Shown: positions 1-12,148 of the stretch, one piece after another
How positions within the stretch are numbered: the stretch's first letter is position 1
How the letters are laid out: each line of letters opens with the position of its first letter
From: Hormiphora californensis
Lineage: Eukaryota > Animalia > Ctenophora
Length of the DNA: 64,000 bases
Direction of reading: 5' to 3'
Assembly (NCBI GenBank): GCA_020137815.1
Contig: CM035358.1
Coordinates: 6,386,001-6,450,000, forward strand
Position numbers and translations under genes: made by a program
Notes under the pieces: model-generated
Databases searched by the model: none
Told to the model about the DNA's origin: nothing
The model's input: only the letters and a program-made list of their open reading frames with translations

Positions 1-132
1 GTAAGTAAGTAACGAATCCCCCTTCCTCATCCTTCCTCATTTCCAAGCCCATTAAATTTGCACATTTTCCATCCACAAACACTCCTCAAAAGTCAAAACT
101 CCCCTTTAATTAACCCCTCTCCTTTCTCCCAG

Positions 133-624
133 GCCCGTCCACGGTTTGATATTCCTATTTAAGTGGAAGAATGAGAGCGAACAAGACCAGCAGGGCAAAG
201 TGGTGTATGGGGATACCGATATATTCTTTGCTAAACAGGTTGGTCACCCTGGTCTTGCCCGTGTGGTTACCATGGTAACTAGCTGCATCATGGTTACCAT
301 GGTAACTAGCTGGATCAGCAGGGTAAAGTGGTGTATGGGGATACCGATATATTCTTTGCTAAACAGATTGGTCACCTTGACCCTTAGTCCTCTTCATCCT
401 CTAAACAAAGCCCCGCCATAACTTATTGTGTGTGTGTGTGTGTGGTGTGTAATTAAGTTTAATTTCCTACTTCCCTCCCACTAATTGCACACTAGTCTCC
501 CTTAATACCCTGACCCCCCCCCCCATCTTACCCCCTTACATTATATAATTCTCATCATTTGTCATGTGATTACCACGTCGCCTTATTTGACTCACTGTGT
601 TGACAAAAAAGAAGGGTTAAAACA

Positions 625-678
<54 letters not shown>

Positions 679-1547
679 TCTCTCTCTCTCTCTAGCTCTC
701 TCTCTAGCTCTCTCTCTCTCTCAGGTGATAAACAATGCGTGTGCGACCCAGGCTATCATCAGTGTCCTTCTAAACATAGAGAGTAGTGATATCTCGTTAG
801 GAGATACCCTCACACAATTCAGGGAGTTTACCTCCTCATTTGATCCTGCTCTCAAGGGAATGTCTCTAACTAATGCAGATAGATTGAGAGAGGTAATGCG
901 GGATTGTGAGAAGGGGGTTGGTTTAATTGATTTGTTAGAAGGGGGGGGTGTACTGAAATATACACCGATTAAGATTGCATGAATGGTTAAATTCTCACTT
1001 TTTAACCCACATGTTCAGGTTCACAACAGTTTTGCACGACAGAACATGTTTGAATTTGACAGTAAATCAGCTGAAAAGGATGATGATGTTTATCATTTTG
1101 TGGCCTTCGTTCCGTTCAAGGGTAAGATGAGCCACCCTCCTGGACCCTAATTGAGCCTCACTCTCGTTTATTTAATCGATTTTAGATCAATTTTGCATTT
1201 CAAATTATTGAATTTTTACTCTCCTGTTGTAGATCGTGTGTACGAGCTGGATGGTCTAAAACCTGGTCCTATTGATCACGGCCCTTTCACTGATGATTGG
1301 CTAACTGTGGTTCGCCCTCTTCTGCAGGTAAATACACACCAAGTGTGGTTACCATGGTAACTAGCTGCATCATGGTTACCATGGTAACTAGCTGCATCAT
1401 CGTTACCATGGTAGCTGCATCATGGTTACCGTGGTAACTAACTGCATCATCGTTACCATGGTAACTAGCTGCATCATGGTTACCATGGTAACTAGCTGCA
1501 TCATGGTTACCATGGTAACATCCCTCCTGTTCTGATGATCCAACACT

Positions 1548-1629
<82 letters not shown>

Positions 1630-2167
1630 TCCCCCCCCCCCCCCCCCAAACTAACACAACACACCACTCCAGGCGAGAGTAGCAAGACATGCAGCTACTG
1701 AGATAACCTTCAATCTAATGGCTGTAGTGGGAGACAAGCTGATGGCATTGGATAGGGAACTAAGGGCAGCAGAGGGCGATATGTTGATTGCTGATATCAA
1801 GAACAAAATGAGAATTGAGGAAGAAAAACGGGCTAATTATAAGGTAATACCTTGTTATGTTCTAACCCTCCTTTACATTTGTTCATGAAAAGGGGGTCGA
1901 GCTAGGCAAGTAATACCCCCTCTTTGGGGAATTGGGGGGGGGGGGGCTTGTGAGGTTGTGACTCAATCTTACTCTTTTTTTTTCTTGGCGCAGTTCCCCT
2001 CTCTCTTTCTCTCTCTTTCTCTCACTTTGTGAGAACTATTTCGCTCTCTCTTTCTGCTGCATTCTCTCTTTATCTTACTATCTCCTCTCTCTTTATCTTA
2101 CTATCTCCTCTCTCTTTGTGAGAACTGCATCTTTCTATCGCTCTCTTTGACTCACTTCTCCCCTGTA

Positions 2168-2258
<91 letters not shown>

Positions 2259-3151
2259 TTCGCTCTCTCTTTCTTTCGGCATGTTCGTCTCTCTTTATCT
2301 CTCTTTCCCTCGTTGTCTCTCACTTTTGCTCTCTCTGCCTCCTTGCTTCTCCTTTTCTCTCACTCCCTCTCTCGAAAAGAGAGAGAATATATGCTTTCTC
2401 TACTGAAGGGAGATATTTTTCGTATTCCCGCCCAAAAAGAGAGAACAAAGAGAGCCCTTTGACTCTCTCCTCTCCTATCTCTCTCCCTTCTCTCTCTTTT
2501 CCCTCTCTTTTCTCCCTTTTTCTCTCCCCCTGTGCAGATAGAGAACATACGGCGAAAGCACAACTACATCCCACTAATAATGGAAATGCTCAAGATCCTA
2601 TCGGAAAAAGGAATGCTGTTACCGCTAACAGAGAAGGTACGTGTAGAGTGTGTGTGTCCCACTAAAGTACACCCCAAACTACTATGTCCCTCACTCGGGT
2701 TTTGTGAAATTTCCCACGGTCATAACTCCACTCCCTGATGAGATAAAGACTTGAAATTTGTTTTGTAGGAAGAACTCGACATGATCTCCTCACAAAACAA
2801 ATTTCAAGTCTCAATCTTATCAGGGGGTGGAGCTATGGCTGTCTAAAATCCGGTCGCGCGCAGCAAGGGACATAGTAGTTTGGGGGAACCTTTAATTATG
2901 TGTGTAGGTCACAAATCTAGGCCGTTCGTTGCGTGACGCGCCTCCCCAACCTCCCATTGCTCTCACACGAGTGTCGCGCATTGGTTGGGGACAACTTTTG
3001 GCGCGCAAACAGCTTATTCCTCTCTACATCCCCTCATTTCTCTCATATTTGCTTCACCTTTCGTTGCTCGACCTCTCCTCCCCTCCTTTCTTCACAGGCG
3101 AAGGAGAAGTTGGCGACCAAGTCCTCCACCAAGAAAGCGGGTCCCAGTTAG
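133..3151 (+). CDS. UCHL5: Ubiquitin C-terminal hydrolase L5 (UCH37), 5' end outside window; exons 133-238, 725-892, 1019-1121, 1233-1327, 1673-1843, 2538-2636, 3098-3151
   Basis: Spliced translation gives [11 protein letters not shown]...[16 protein letters not shown] (catalytic Cys), [41 protein letters not shown]; all introns GT-AG. Confidence 0.93.
1346..1520. repeat. 27-bp tandem array with GTTACCATGGTAAC palindrome; related arrays at 265-310, 4746-4820, 5771-5866, 46893-46927, 48066-48105, 48321-48366, 63590-63790
   Basis: Direct reading; the palindrome matches the RFX X-box consensus. Confidence 0.85.
2664..2894. mobile_element. MITE with TAAAG...CTTTA ends (Kolobok/Crypton-like); inverted copy ~27977-28860
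   Basis: TIR CCCCAAACTACTATGTCCC; internal second palindrome; two copies. Confidence 0.75.
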
Positions 3152-3261
3152 AACTCTTAACTTGAATCTCTATATCAGATGCTATTGTATTGTATTTTGC
3201 CCAAATGTTTTCCCTCCGGTTAAAATATTGCCTATCCTTTGTCTCTCGTATCAGTACTGCA

Positions 3262-4265
3262 ATGACACGTCACCAACAAAACCGATCATTTACCAAACTG
3301 GCCGTGGAGGGTAATATTGCAGCTGGGAAGTCTACATTCCTCAAACTTCTTTCATCGGAGAGTAACATCAAAATGTGCCCTGAACCCGTCCTGGACTGGA
3401 CTAATATCAAACTTGATGGAGAGGTGAGGACAAGATGCACCTAATAATTTACTGGGCAAGTTTTATGAAGACCCTGCTAGGTGGGCCCTGACGTTTCAGA
3501 ATTATGCTCTCTATTCGAGGGTTAAGAATCAGCCGGTCTTAGAGGGAGATGGGGTGTACCTAGTAGAGAGGAGCGTGTTTAGTGATCGATTGGTTTTTGG
3601 CAAGAATGGACTAAAAACTGGAATTATGACTGATTTGGAGTACAGCCTGTATTGCAAGTGGCACGCATTTCTGACCGAGGATAACTCCTCTACTGACGTA
3701 AGTATTATCCCTTCCCCCACAATCGCAACCCCATCTTTGAAATCCTTAAAGATATTATTCACGAATAATTCATGCTCATAGTAAAATTCGGTCAGTTTCC
3801 AGATAGTTGTCCGAAACGAAGTTGAGCAAAATTACAAAGAACTGCATATTGCCATGGTGTGTAGACCAGTCCCACGCCATGTTTCATACCCTTTCTACAC
3901 TACTCCTTCATAAAACTCATCATTACTCCTTCATAAACACAGCTAACCCTCCCATCCTCTCCCAGGTAGACGGATTCATCTACCTCCGCTGTTCTCCCTC
4001 CATCTGTATGTCTCGCCTGGCTAAGCGAGGTCGAGAAGAAGAGACCTCAGTCCCCCAGGAATACCTCCAACAAATCCATGATCGACACGAAGAATGGTTT
4101 ATGGAACCTAGCACTGACCTCCCCTCCTGTGTACAAGGGAAACCTGTACTGGTGATTGACTGCAGCGGCGATATGATAAACAGTGCTGAGCTGAGACAAG
4201 ATACCTTGGGTCAGGTCTGTAAGTTTGTGGCTCAAATCAGTTCTAGCACAACTAATGGAGCATGA
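3262..4265 (+). CDS. Deoxynucleoside kinase (dCK/dGK/TK2 family), paralogue 1; exons 3262-3697 (1-nt frameshift near 3424-3431) and 3966-4265
   Basis: P-loop VEGNIAAGKST, CPEPV, RWALTFQ, ERSVFSDRLVF, IYLR, RGREEE lid. Confidence 0.88.
3774..3902 (+). ncRNA. H/ACA snoRNA candidate; second copy 5336-5464
   Basis: GCTCA...TGAGC hairpin, H box AAATTA, CATGGTGTG/CACGCCATG hairpin, ACA; conserved in introns of both kinase paralogues. Confidence 0.7.
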
Positions 4266-4626
4266 ATACTACAGTGTGTGTTTTTTAATCTCTCCTGCAT
4301 CCCCTTTTTATTTTATGTAAATTCAGCTTTATTTGATACAGATTTCATTCTATATTCATTCTGTTTTTTGACTTGCTCGAAGGACGCTTCTAGAGATGGA
4401 GCATTTTAAATTTTACACTCAGTCTATTATCTAACACAGTACATTACTGATAACTATGTTATTATTACTCAACCAATTGCTTTAACTTCTTTTCCTCGTA
4501 TAAACTGTCAAATTTTCCTTGTTACCCCATTTAGTACCTAAAGCCCCCGGGAGTGTTAACCCTCTTTCCGTGCAAATGTAAAGGAGGGTTAGAACACAAC
4601 AAGTTAACTCTATCTTTAATGTCAGG

Positions 4627-6115
4627 ATGGCTCGACATGGCACGATACGAATTGCAGTAGAAGGAAATATCGCTGCCGGCAAGAGCACATTCCTGGATCT
4701 GGTCAAGAAGCATACCCACATCAAAACACTTCAGGTATGTGTATGTTACTAGCTGCATCATGGTTACCATGGTAACTAGCTGCATAATGGTTACCATGGT
4801 AACTAGCTGCATCATGGTAACATCCCTCCTGTTCTGATGATCCAACACTAGCTCTGTACACCAAACTGACAGCTAATCCTCTAAGAAGTTCTGAACACAC
4901 ATAACTCCACACATCTTCCAACTCATTACAACTTCCATCATCTAACCCCCTCAACCACTTCAGGAGCCAGTTAACAACTGGACAAATGTTCCCTTGGAGC
5001 GGGATTGTGCAAGTGGAGCGAACAACAATCTACTAGACACATACTACTCAGACCCCGCTAGATGGAGTTTTACCTTTCAGAATTACGTTGTTTTTAGTAG
5101 GATAAGGGAGCACCAGTCTGACAAGGAGAATAAACGTCAAGGGTAGGTCCCCCCAATTTTTTTGTGTTTTCTTTTTCTCCTGGGTTTTAGATTACAAACC
5201 CGACATTATTTCCACTATCTCTAGCTCTGGGTGTTTTGGATCTTCATTAAAAAGATGATCATACAACATAGCAGTCACATACTGGGATGACACAAAGTTT
5301 CAATCCCGTGATGCAGGGGTCATACACGCTGCACTGCTCTTAGTAAAATTCGGTTAATTTACAAATAATTGGCCGAAACGAAATTGAGCAAAATTACAAA
5401 GAACTGCATATTGCCATGGTGTGTAGACCAGTCCCACGCCATGTTTCATACCCTTTCTACACTGCTCCTTCATAAAACTCATCATTGCTTCTTTATAAAC
5501 ATCATCATAACTCCTATATAACCCCATTTCTTTACAGGGTGTTCCTCTCTGAACGGTCGATCTGGGGAGACCGGCTGGTATTTGCTCGAAACCTCTACAA
5601 ACAAGGCATGATGACTGACCTTGAATACAGCGTGTACTGCCAACAGCATTCCTTTTGTTTGGAGCTGTGCCCTGAGGCTGCCCCAGATGCCATCCTGTAC
5701 CTACAAACTTCACCCGAGATCTGTCTGGAGAGGCTGAAACAACGAGGCCGCAGGTCAGTGTGATTTTCTGTGTTACCATGGTAACTAGATGCATCATGGT
5801 TACCATGGTAACTAGATGCATCATGGTTACCATGGTAACTAGATGCATCATGGTTACCATGGTAACATCCCCCTGTTCTGATGATCCAACACTAGCTCTG
5901 TACACCAAACTGACAGCTAATCCTCTAAGAAGTTCTGAACATACACACAAACCTTCAATTCTAATTCCCAACTCACAGTTCCTCCCAATATTTCTTGACA
6001 ACCATCCCCCACAGTGAAGAGATGGGAGTAACGTTAGAGTACCTGCAACAAGTTCACGAGAGGCATGAGGAGTGGTTGGTCCAGAAATCGGTTCATATAC
6101 CACGCAGGTATGTAC

Positions 6116-6168
<53 letters not shown>

Positions 6169-6557
6169 ACTCTCTCTCTCTCTCTCTCTCTTTTCCGCTT
6201 TTGAAACAGCCACACTTTGTACTTAACGAGGCGTGACAAGAGACTTAAGCAACATTCATTTCCTCTTGTTCTCGGTTCTGTGTCTCTCTTGTCAGATACG
6301 GTTACTTGTAGAGCGACAGGTACACATTCCAACTTCAAAATATCTCCTTCTCGACCTTCTAGTTCTAATTGATTGACTAAATTAACTCTCTCTCTTCCCT
6401 TCTTCAAGCTCTAATTCTCTCCACTTTCTTCAGTCTGGCTGAGACACCTGTTATGATTATTGATTGTTCGAGAAACTTCGCTGAAGACACAGAATACAGA
6501 GAAGAGACATTCAGGAAACTTGTCGTATTTTCCAACTCCCTCAATCGAGAGGATTAA
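4627..6557 (+). CDS. Deoxynucleoside kinase paralogue 2; exons 4627-4734, 4964-5142, 5538-5753, 6015-6107, 6434-6557
   Basis: VEGNIAAGKST, RWSFTFQ, ERSIWGDRLVF, LYLQTSPE, RGRSEE; in-frame GT-AG splicing. Confidence 0.9.
4830..4898 (+). ncRNA. SNORD61: C/D snoRNA, U61-like (18S Um1442 equivalent); further copies 5874-5941, 7851-7918; 5' fragment 1528-1553
   Basis: CTGATGA...TCCTCTAAGAAGTT-CTGA, terminal stem TGTTC/GAACA; guide complementary to conserved 18S AACTTCTTAGAGG, D+5 rule gives U. Confidence 0.85.
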
Positions 6558-6927
6558 ATTCATTTCTCCCTGCTTGTACCATCTGACCTGGTACCATGAT
6601 ACTCCTGTTTGTATCATCTCTCTGGAGGTATCATATCTCAGGAGGTCCCGTTCTTCGTTATCTTGACCAGTCTCAGAGTTTATAAACGTTTTTAATTTTT
6701 CATTGTGTTCAGATTTCTATATTTCCATCGTTAGTGTATTTTTAAGTTGCTATTTCTATGACTATCTTGTACTCTAATTTCTATGCATTAATTATGTTGA
6801 TCTATTAACAAGATAGACAACGATATAATGGTACTAAATCAAATAAATTGACAGTTGATGATGAATTGACAGTTGATGTTGATCTAATATAAGATGAGTT
6901 TTTATACCTCCCCATCCCTCATTTTCA

Positions 6928-7056
6928 GGCCTCTTCGAAGCTGGTTCAGTCACATTGGCTGGGCTAGTCAAAAGAGAGCCAAGATCACATTACATGTCTT
7001 AAAAAGGTCACGTGGTATTTTTATTGTGCTACGTATCACCCAGAGGAAATACATTT
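6928..7056 (+). ncRNA. SNORA16: H/ACA snoRNA, ACA16/snR46-like; copies 7235-7363, 7540-7668, 25302-26263 (TE-interrupted), 26880-27008
   Basis: Two hairpins, H box AGATCA, terminal ACA+3; 5' pocket CGAAG/TCAAAA pairs with conserved LSU TTTTGA-UC-CTTCG, 14 nt from the H box. Confidence 0.8.
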
Positions 7057-7076
7057 TAATTTTCCTCAACACCCTT

Positions 7077-7191
7077 AGAACAAACTGTTGAATCACTTTT
7101 CTAACGCGATATATTTTAGCCATGTTCCCAAATGCAAATTGACGTTAACGTTTGGAATACTACTGTTTTGAGAATTCAATCAGGACACATC
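7077..7191 (+). ncRNA. Candidate ACA-ending hairpin RNA; second copy ~7384-7500
   Basis: CTGTTGAAT...ATTCAATCAG stem followed by ACA; alternates with SNORA16-like copies. Confidence 0.45.
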
Positions 7192-8091
7192 AGTTGGTGA
7201 GTGAAACTTTGAATAGATCATATGATTATTTCCCGGCCTCTTCGAAGCTGGTTCAGTCACATTGGCTGGGCTAGTCAAAAGAGAGCCAAGATCACATTAC
7301 ATATCTTCAAAAGGTCACGTGGTATTTTTATTGTGCTACGTATCACCCAGAGGAAATACATTTTTACTTTCCCTAATACCCTTAGAACCAACTGTTGAAT
7401 CACTCTTCTAACCCGATATATTTTTAGCCATGTTCCCAAATGCAAATTGACGTCATCGTTTGGAATACTACTGTTTTGAGAATTCAATCAGGACACATTA
7501 GTTGGTAAGTGAAAGTTTGAATAGATATGATTATATCCCGGCCTCTTCGAAGCTGGTTCAGTCACATTGGCTGGGCTAGTCAAAAGAGAGCCAAGATCAC
7601 ATTACATATCTTCAAAAGGTCACGTGGTATTTTTATTGTGCTACGTATCACCCAGAGGAAATACATTTTTTTCGAAAAGCTTATCATCGTTTTAAAAAAC
7701 ATTGAATGCCCTTTTTCTAAACTACATCCTTGTTTCAGTGATAATCCAATCCTCTCCCACTCCTCGGATACCTTAAAAAGCGCTGTCATGAAACTGAAAC
7801 AATAAGGCTGCAGGTCAGTGTGATTTTCTGTTGCCATGGTAACATCCCTCTGTTCTGATGATCCAACACTAGCTCTGTACACCAAACTGACAGCTAATCC
7901 TCTAAGAAGTTCTGAACACACACCCAATTCTATATTCATGTTTTCTCAGAACTACCCCTTCTTTTCTTTGACCCGGCCGTATTTTCAGGGAAATCTCTCT
8001 CCCAGAGAACCCGGAAATGGCCACCAGGCCATCCATCGTTCTCAGAGAACCCGGAATTGGCCAGCCTACCGATCATCACTAAGTAAGTTGA

Positions 8092-8297
8092 TCGGGAGTT
8101 GGTCTGGTCTAGTTTTATGTCTCAGACCCTTGCTACCCGGCACGTCTAACCTGACAAGCATTGGACGGTGAGGGTGGAGTGGTATCCTATCCCACCCTTC
8201 ACAGTAGCTCACAATGCAATAATACACAGAGATTGGTTAACTGGAGTCAGGGACGTAGTGTCTGTCCTTTCTAACTAGTAGCACCAACCTACAATCA
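8092..8297 (+). ncRNA. Three-hairpin H/ACA RNA candidate
   Basis: Intronic; stems CGGGAG/CTACCCG, GCATTG/CAATGC, TTGGT/ACCAA, then ACA. Confidence 0.5.
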
Positions 8298-8405
8298 ACC
8301 CCCCCCCTTCAGGAGAGAACCAGTTTTGGACTAGACTGGCGGAGAACTGCTGAAGAATCTTCGGGAGGCTGGGGAAAACAACAAGAAGCTGAAGGTAAAA
8401 CTAAA

Positions 8406-10137
8406 GGGGGGGCCGTCACCTTTTTTTTTGTCTACAGGAACATTGCACCAGATTTTGAAAATGAAAGTGTAGACAAAAGTAGACAAAAGTAGACAAATGT
8501 AGACAAAAGTAGACAAAACTTTTTTTTCAAGTTAAGAAATTTTTTTAAACATTTTCTGCACTTGTTAAGTATTCTCATACACTTTATCTACGTTTCTATT
8601 AGTAATTTCGATTTTAATTGCCCCCTTTTATCCATAAACACTCCTAGAACACTTTAGGAACACCTGTAGACAAAAGTAGACAAAAAAAATTAAGTTTAGA
8701 AAACGATTTCTATCCTTGATATGTATTTCCATGTTCTCTATTTATGTGTGTATGGGTGTTTGTGACTTCAATTGCCCCCTCTTTACCCCCAACCACTCTT
8801 AGAACACTTTTGGAACACCTGTAGACAAAAGTAGACAAAAGTAGACAAAAAGTTTTCAAGTTTAGAAAACAATTCCCAATCAATTTCTATCCTTGATATG
8901 TATTTCCATTTTCTCTATTGGGACTATATTTATGTGTGTACGGGTGTTTGTGACTTCAATTGCTCCCTCTTTACCCCCAAACACTCTTAGAACACTTTAG
9001 GAACACCTGTAGACAAAAGTAGACAAAAGTAGACAAAAAATTTCAAGTTTAGAAAACGATTTCTATCCTCGATATGTATTTCCATGTCCTCTATTTATGT
9101 GTGTATGGGTGATTGTGACTTCAATTGCCCCCTCTTTACCCCCAAACACTCTTAGAACACTTTAGGAACACCTGTAGACAAAAGTAGACAAAAGTAGACA
9201 AAAAATTTCAAGTTTAGAAAACAATTCCCAAACAATTTCTATCATTGATATGTATTTCTATGTTCTCTATTGGGACTATATTTATGTGTATACGGGTGTT
9301 TGTGACTTCAATTGCTCCCTCTTTACCCCCAAACACTCTTAGAACACTTTAGGAACACCTGTAGACAAAAGTAGACAAAAAATTTCAAGTTTAGAAAACG
9401 ATTTCTATCCTCGATATGTATTTCCATGTCCTCTATTTATGTGTGTATGGGTGATTGTGACTTCAATTGCCCCCTCTTTACCCCCAAACACTCTTAGAAC
9501 ACTTTAGGAACACCTGTAGACAAAAGTAGACAAAAGTAGACAAAAAAATTTCAAGTTTAGAAAACAATTCCCAAACAATTTCTATCATTGATATGTATTT
9601 CTATGTTCTCTATTGGGACTATATTTATGTGTATACGGGTGTTTGTGACTTCAATTGCTCCCTCTTTACCCCCAAACACTCTTAGAACACTTTAGGAACA
9701 CCTGTAGACAAAAGTAGACAAAAGTAGACAAAAAATTTTCAAGTTTAGAAAACGATTTCTATCCTTGATATGTATTTCCATGTCCTCTATTTATGTGTGT
9801 ATGGGTGTTTGTGACTTCAATTGCTCCCTCTTTACCCCCAAACACTCTTGTCTACACTCGACTACAGTAATTGTTCTTAAAGTTTTCTAATTTAGGAATA
9901 AAGAAGGGGCCATTGGAATATGAATAATTAATAAAAAACATATCCAATGTATAATATGAAAATACTTAACAATTACAGAAAATGCAGAAATTGTTTTCTG
10001 TACTTGAAAATTTTTTGTCTACTTTTGTCTACTTTTGTCTACTTTTGTCTACTTTTGTCTACTTTGCACTGAAATTTTCAAAGTGCTGTAGACAAAAGTA
10101 GACAAAAGTAGACAAAAAAAAAGGTGACGGCCCCCCC
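8406..10137. mobile_element. Non-autonomous DNA transposon (Merlin-like) with internal ~170-195-bp tandem units rich in GTAGACAAAA
   Basis: [33 protein letters not shown]; 8-bp TSD AAACTAAA. Confidence 0.85.
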
Positions 10138-10569
10138 AAACTAAATCCCTGTTCATTCCGCACCATATATGGGCATAACATAACACACCATATATGGGCA
10201 TATATATATGACAAGAACGATTTCTTGCTGGCTCACCGTGCCAGGGAGTTTTGCACTCTTGTGACAGTCAAGATGATGTGAGATTTACGATATTGTGTGG
10301 CTGAATTTCAGACATCCAATCACATCACATCACACATCCACACACAAATTCAATCACATAACATCTGTTCCATCCGATTATAGAATTATTTTGGTACTAA
10401 ATTCAGATTTAATTCCAGAGAGCGAGATAGTGTTGCAGTGAGTGCGGTTTGCTAATTACGATAGATCTAATAGTGTGTGGCTCTGTTCTCTACTGCTGCT
10501 ACTCCAAATGAGGTATATATATGCTCTACTGCTGCAGCTGTGCACACTGTGCATGTAAATTACACAAAT

Positions 10570-10627
10570 ATGATGTTGATTAAACTTTCGTTCTACTGTA
10601 GCACCCTGGAGATACCTTGTTTTCTGA
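10570..10627 (+). ncRNA. SNORD59: C/D snoRNA, U59/snR54-like (18S Am1031 equivalent); copies 13545-13602, 14023-14080, 16645-16702
   Basis: ATGATG...AACTTTCGTTCT-a-CTGT(D')...CTGA; complementary to 18S AGAACGAAAGTT, +5 rule gives A. Confidence 0.8.
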
Positions 10628-10782
10628 TCTAAAACATCATTGACCTGTTTCTTGTCTTCGGAGTCTATGATACTAACCAGTTTTCTTGTTTCAGTTGTTG
10701 ATAAATGAGAGATTCCATGGCTGTTTATTATATATACAAGGTAAGCCAATCTCCCGATCCCCTTTCATTTCTCCTTTGCGCA

Positions 10783-10838
10783 ATGAAGAGAACATGTGCA
10801 ATAGCGAAATAGACCATGCCGACTCCTTACTCATCTGA
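10783..10838 (+). ncRNA. C/D snoRNA candidate, target unassigned
   Basis: ATGAAGA...CTGA in its own intron of the host gene. Confidence 0.55.
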
Positions 10839-11033
10839 GTGCTACAGTTTCATAAATCTCCTTCCTGCCCTAGTTCCACAATATGTAACACCTCGCCTTC
10901 CTCTCAGATATGACGCAAACCAACACGCTCCAAAAAATGCAGAAATAGAGAAAACAAAAAAGAAATGCAGAATGTGAAGCCCATGACAAGTAGGTCCAAT
11001 AATAAGAACTGTGTGTGTTACCATGGCAACCAA

Positions 11034-11116
11034 ATGATGACAGATTAACAGTACGAGTGTAACTGGGCCTCACATCCCGACTACACATTTCTCATGAGAT
11101 CATTCTGCAATACTGA
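11034..11116 (+). ncRNA. SNORD96: C/D snoRNA, U96-like (5.8S Gm75 equivalent)
   Basis: ATGATGA...ATTCTGCAAT-a-CTGA; complementary to 5.8S ATTGCAGAAT, +5 rule gives G. Confidence 0.72.
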
Positions 11117-11145
11117 AGTTATACCAACTCTCTCCTGGATATTAG

Positions 11146-11254
11146 TAGGAACCGACCGAAACAAGTAAACAACCAATCAGAACTCGTTATTTAGGTCACG
11201 TGACTGGTTATCAGCCAATCAGGGACCAGTATTTCATGATTCGGTCGGTCCCTG
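11146..11254. mobile_element. 109-bp hAT-type MITE; inverted copy 45109-45217
   Basis: TIR (T/C)AGG.ACCGACCGAA; 8-bp TSD GATATTAG. Confidence 0.85.
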
Positions 11255-11484
11255 GATATTAGAGAGAGAGTTGGGTGTGTGTAGAACTCATCTCTTGCTA
11301 TGTGTGACATGTTCTAATAGGATATATCTCTCTCCCCAGGGTGTCTGATAGTCGTGGATTGGAGGTGATATGGAGGGGTGTTGCTATGGTGATTTGGAGA
11401 CCTCCCCGTCTAGGTAGGGACATGTGTGTCTGTTTGTGGTCGTTGTAGAATGATTTCAAACATCAATAGCTCTGTTTAAAGACA

Positions 11485-11550
11485 GTGATGACAAAAGGCG
11501 AATATGACACAATATATTACTTTTATTACAGCTTCCTTTGTTCTAGTCTT
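11485..11550 (+). ncRNA. C/D scaRNA-like guide for U5 loop 1 (Gm37 predicted); D box degenerate
   Basis: GTGATGA-c-AAAAGGCGAA-t-ATGA; complementary to U5 TTCGCCTTTT. Confidence 0.55.
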
Positions 11551-11677
11551 ACACACTGTATTTTAGGTTTTGGCAACTACTTCAGAAGCAGATGGCACTT
11601 CCGACAACATATTAAGGTAATTACTCACTAATTATCCCCCCTATATAATAATTAGTTGAACTAATTACACACACTAC

Positions 11678-11761
11678 GTGATGACATCAAAAGGCCGAAG
11701 ATAAGTTGCCCAATGTTGGTGCGCGATGATCTACTTCAAAACCGTTGCGATCTACCCCTGA
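11678..11761 (+). ncRNA. C/D scaRNA-like guide complementary to the U2 5' end
   Basis: GTGATGA...CAAAAGGCCGA...internal GATGA...CTGA; complementary to U2 TCGGCCTTTTG. Confidence 0.6.
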
Positions 11762-11834
11762 ATATTAGAGTTGCTTTGTGTGGTTCTTTTCGGATAACAA
11801 GGAGGTAACACTAACTTCCTTTGTTTCAGATCAT

Positions 11835-11985
11835 GACGTCACTGTAACATAAAGTGGGCCCTTGTGACGTCACTGCAACATAAAGTGGACTCGTGTGACG
11901 TCACTGCAACATAAAGTGGACCCGTGTGACGTCACTGCAACATGAAGTGGACCCGTGTGACGTCACTGTAACATAAAGTGGACCT
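11835..11985. repeat. ~30-bp tandem repeat x5 with TGACGTCA core
   Basis: TGACGTCACTG(T/C)AACATAAAGTGGACCCGTG repeated. Confidence 0.85.
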
Positions 11986-12084
11986 TTTTTACTTCACTGC
12001 TTATCTGGTTTGGTCAGCGTGCTGACGGTCCCTTAATTATAGGTAAGTCCCAGTGTATCTCACTTCTCTACTTGTAATATTTTA

Positions 12085-12148
12085 ATGATGAATAACTCTG
12101 CGTTATCGATGTGACAACTTGAATGATGCAAACCTTCGACACTTCTGA
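12085..12148 (+). ncRNA. C/D snoRNA, snR68/U102-like LSU guide; copy 12387-12448
   Basis: ATGATGA...CTGCGTTATCG..GTGA...TGATG...CTGA; complementary to LSU CGATAACGCAG. Confidence 0.72.

Noticed and set aside
3424-3434. 11-nt GT-AG micro-intron to explain the dNK1 frameshift
   Set aside because: Removing it does not restore the frame and it is too short
4553-4602. Hairpin followed by ACA in the dNK1-dNK2 spacer, with a nearby CCTTGTTAC resembling the U13 guide
   Set aside because: The same hairpin occurs in reverse orientation at ~1858-1895, so it is more likely a small repeat; no C/D boxes for U13
8580-9850. Regular repeats resembling a CRISPR array
   Set aside because: Units are wholly repeated with no unique spacers; they are internal tandem repeats of a TIR element in a eukaryote
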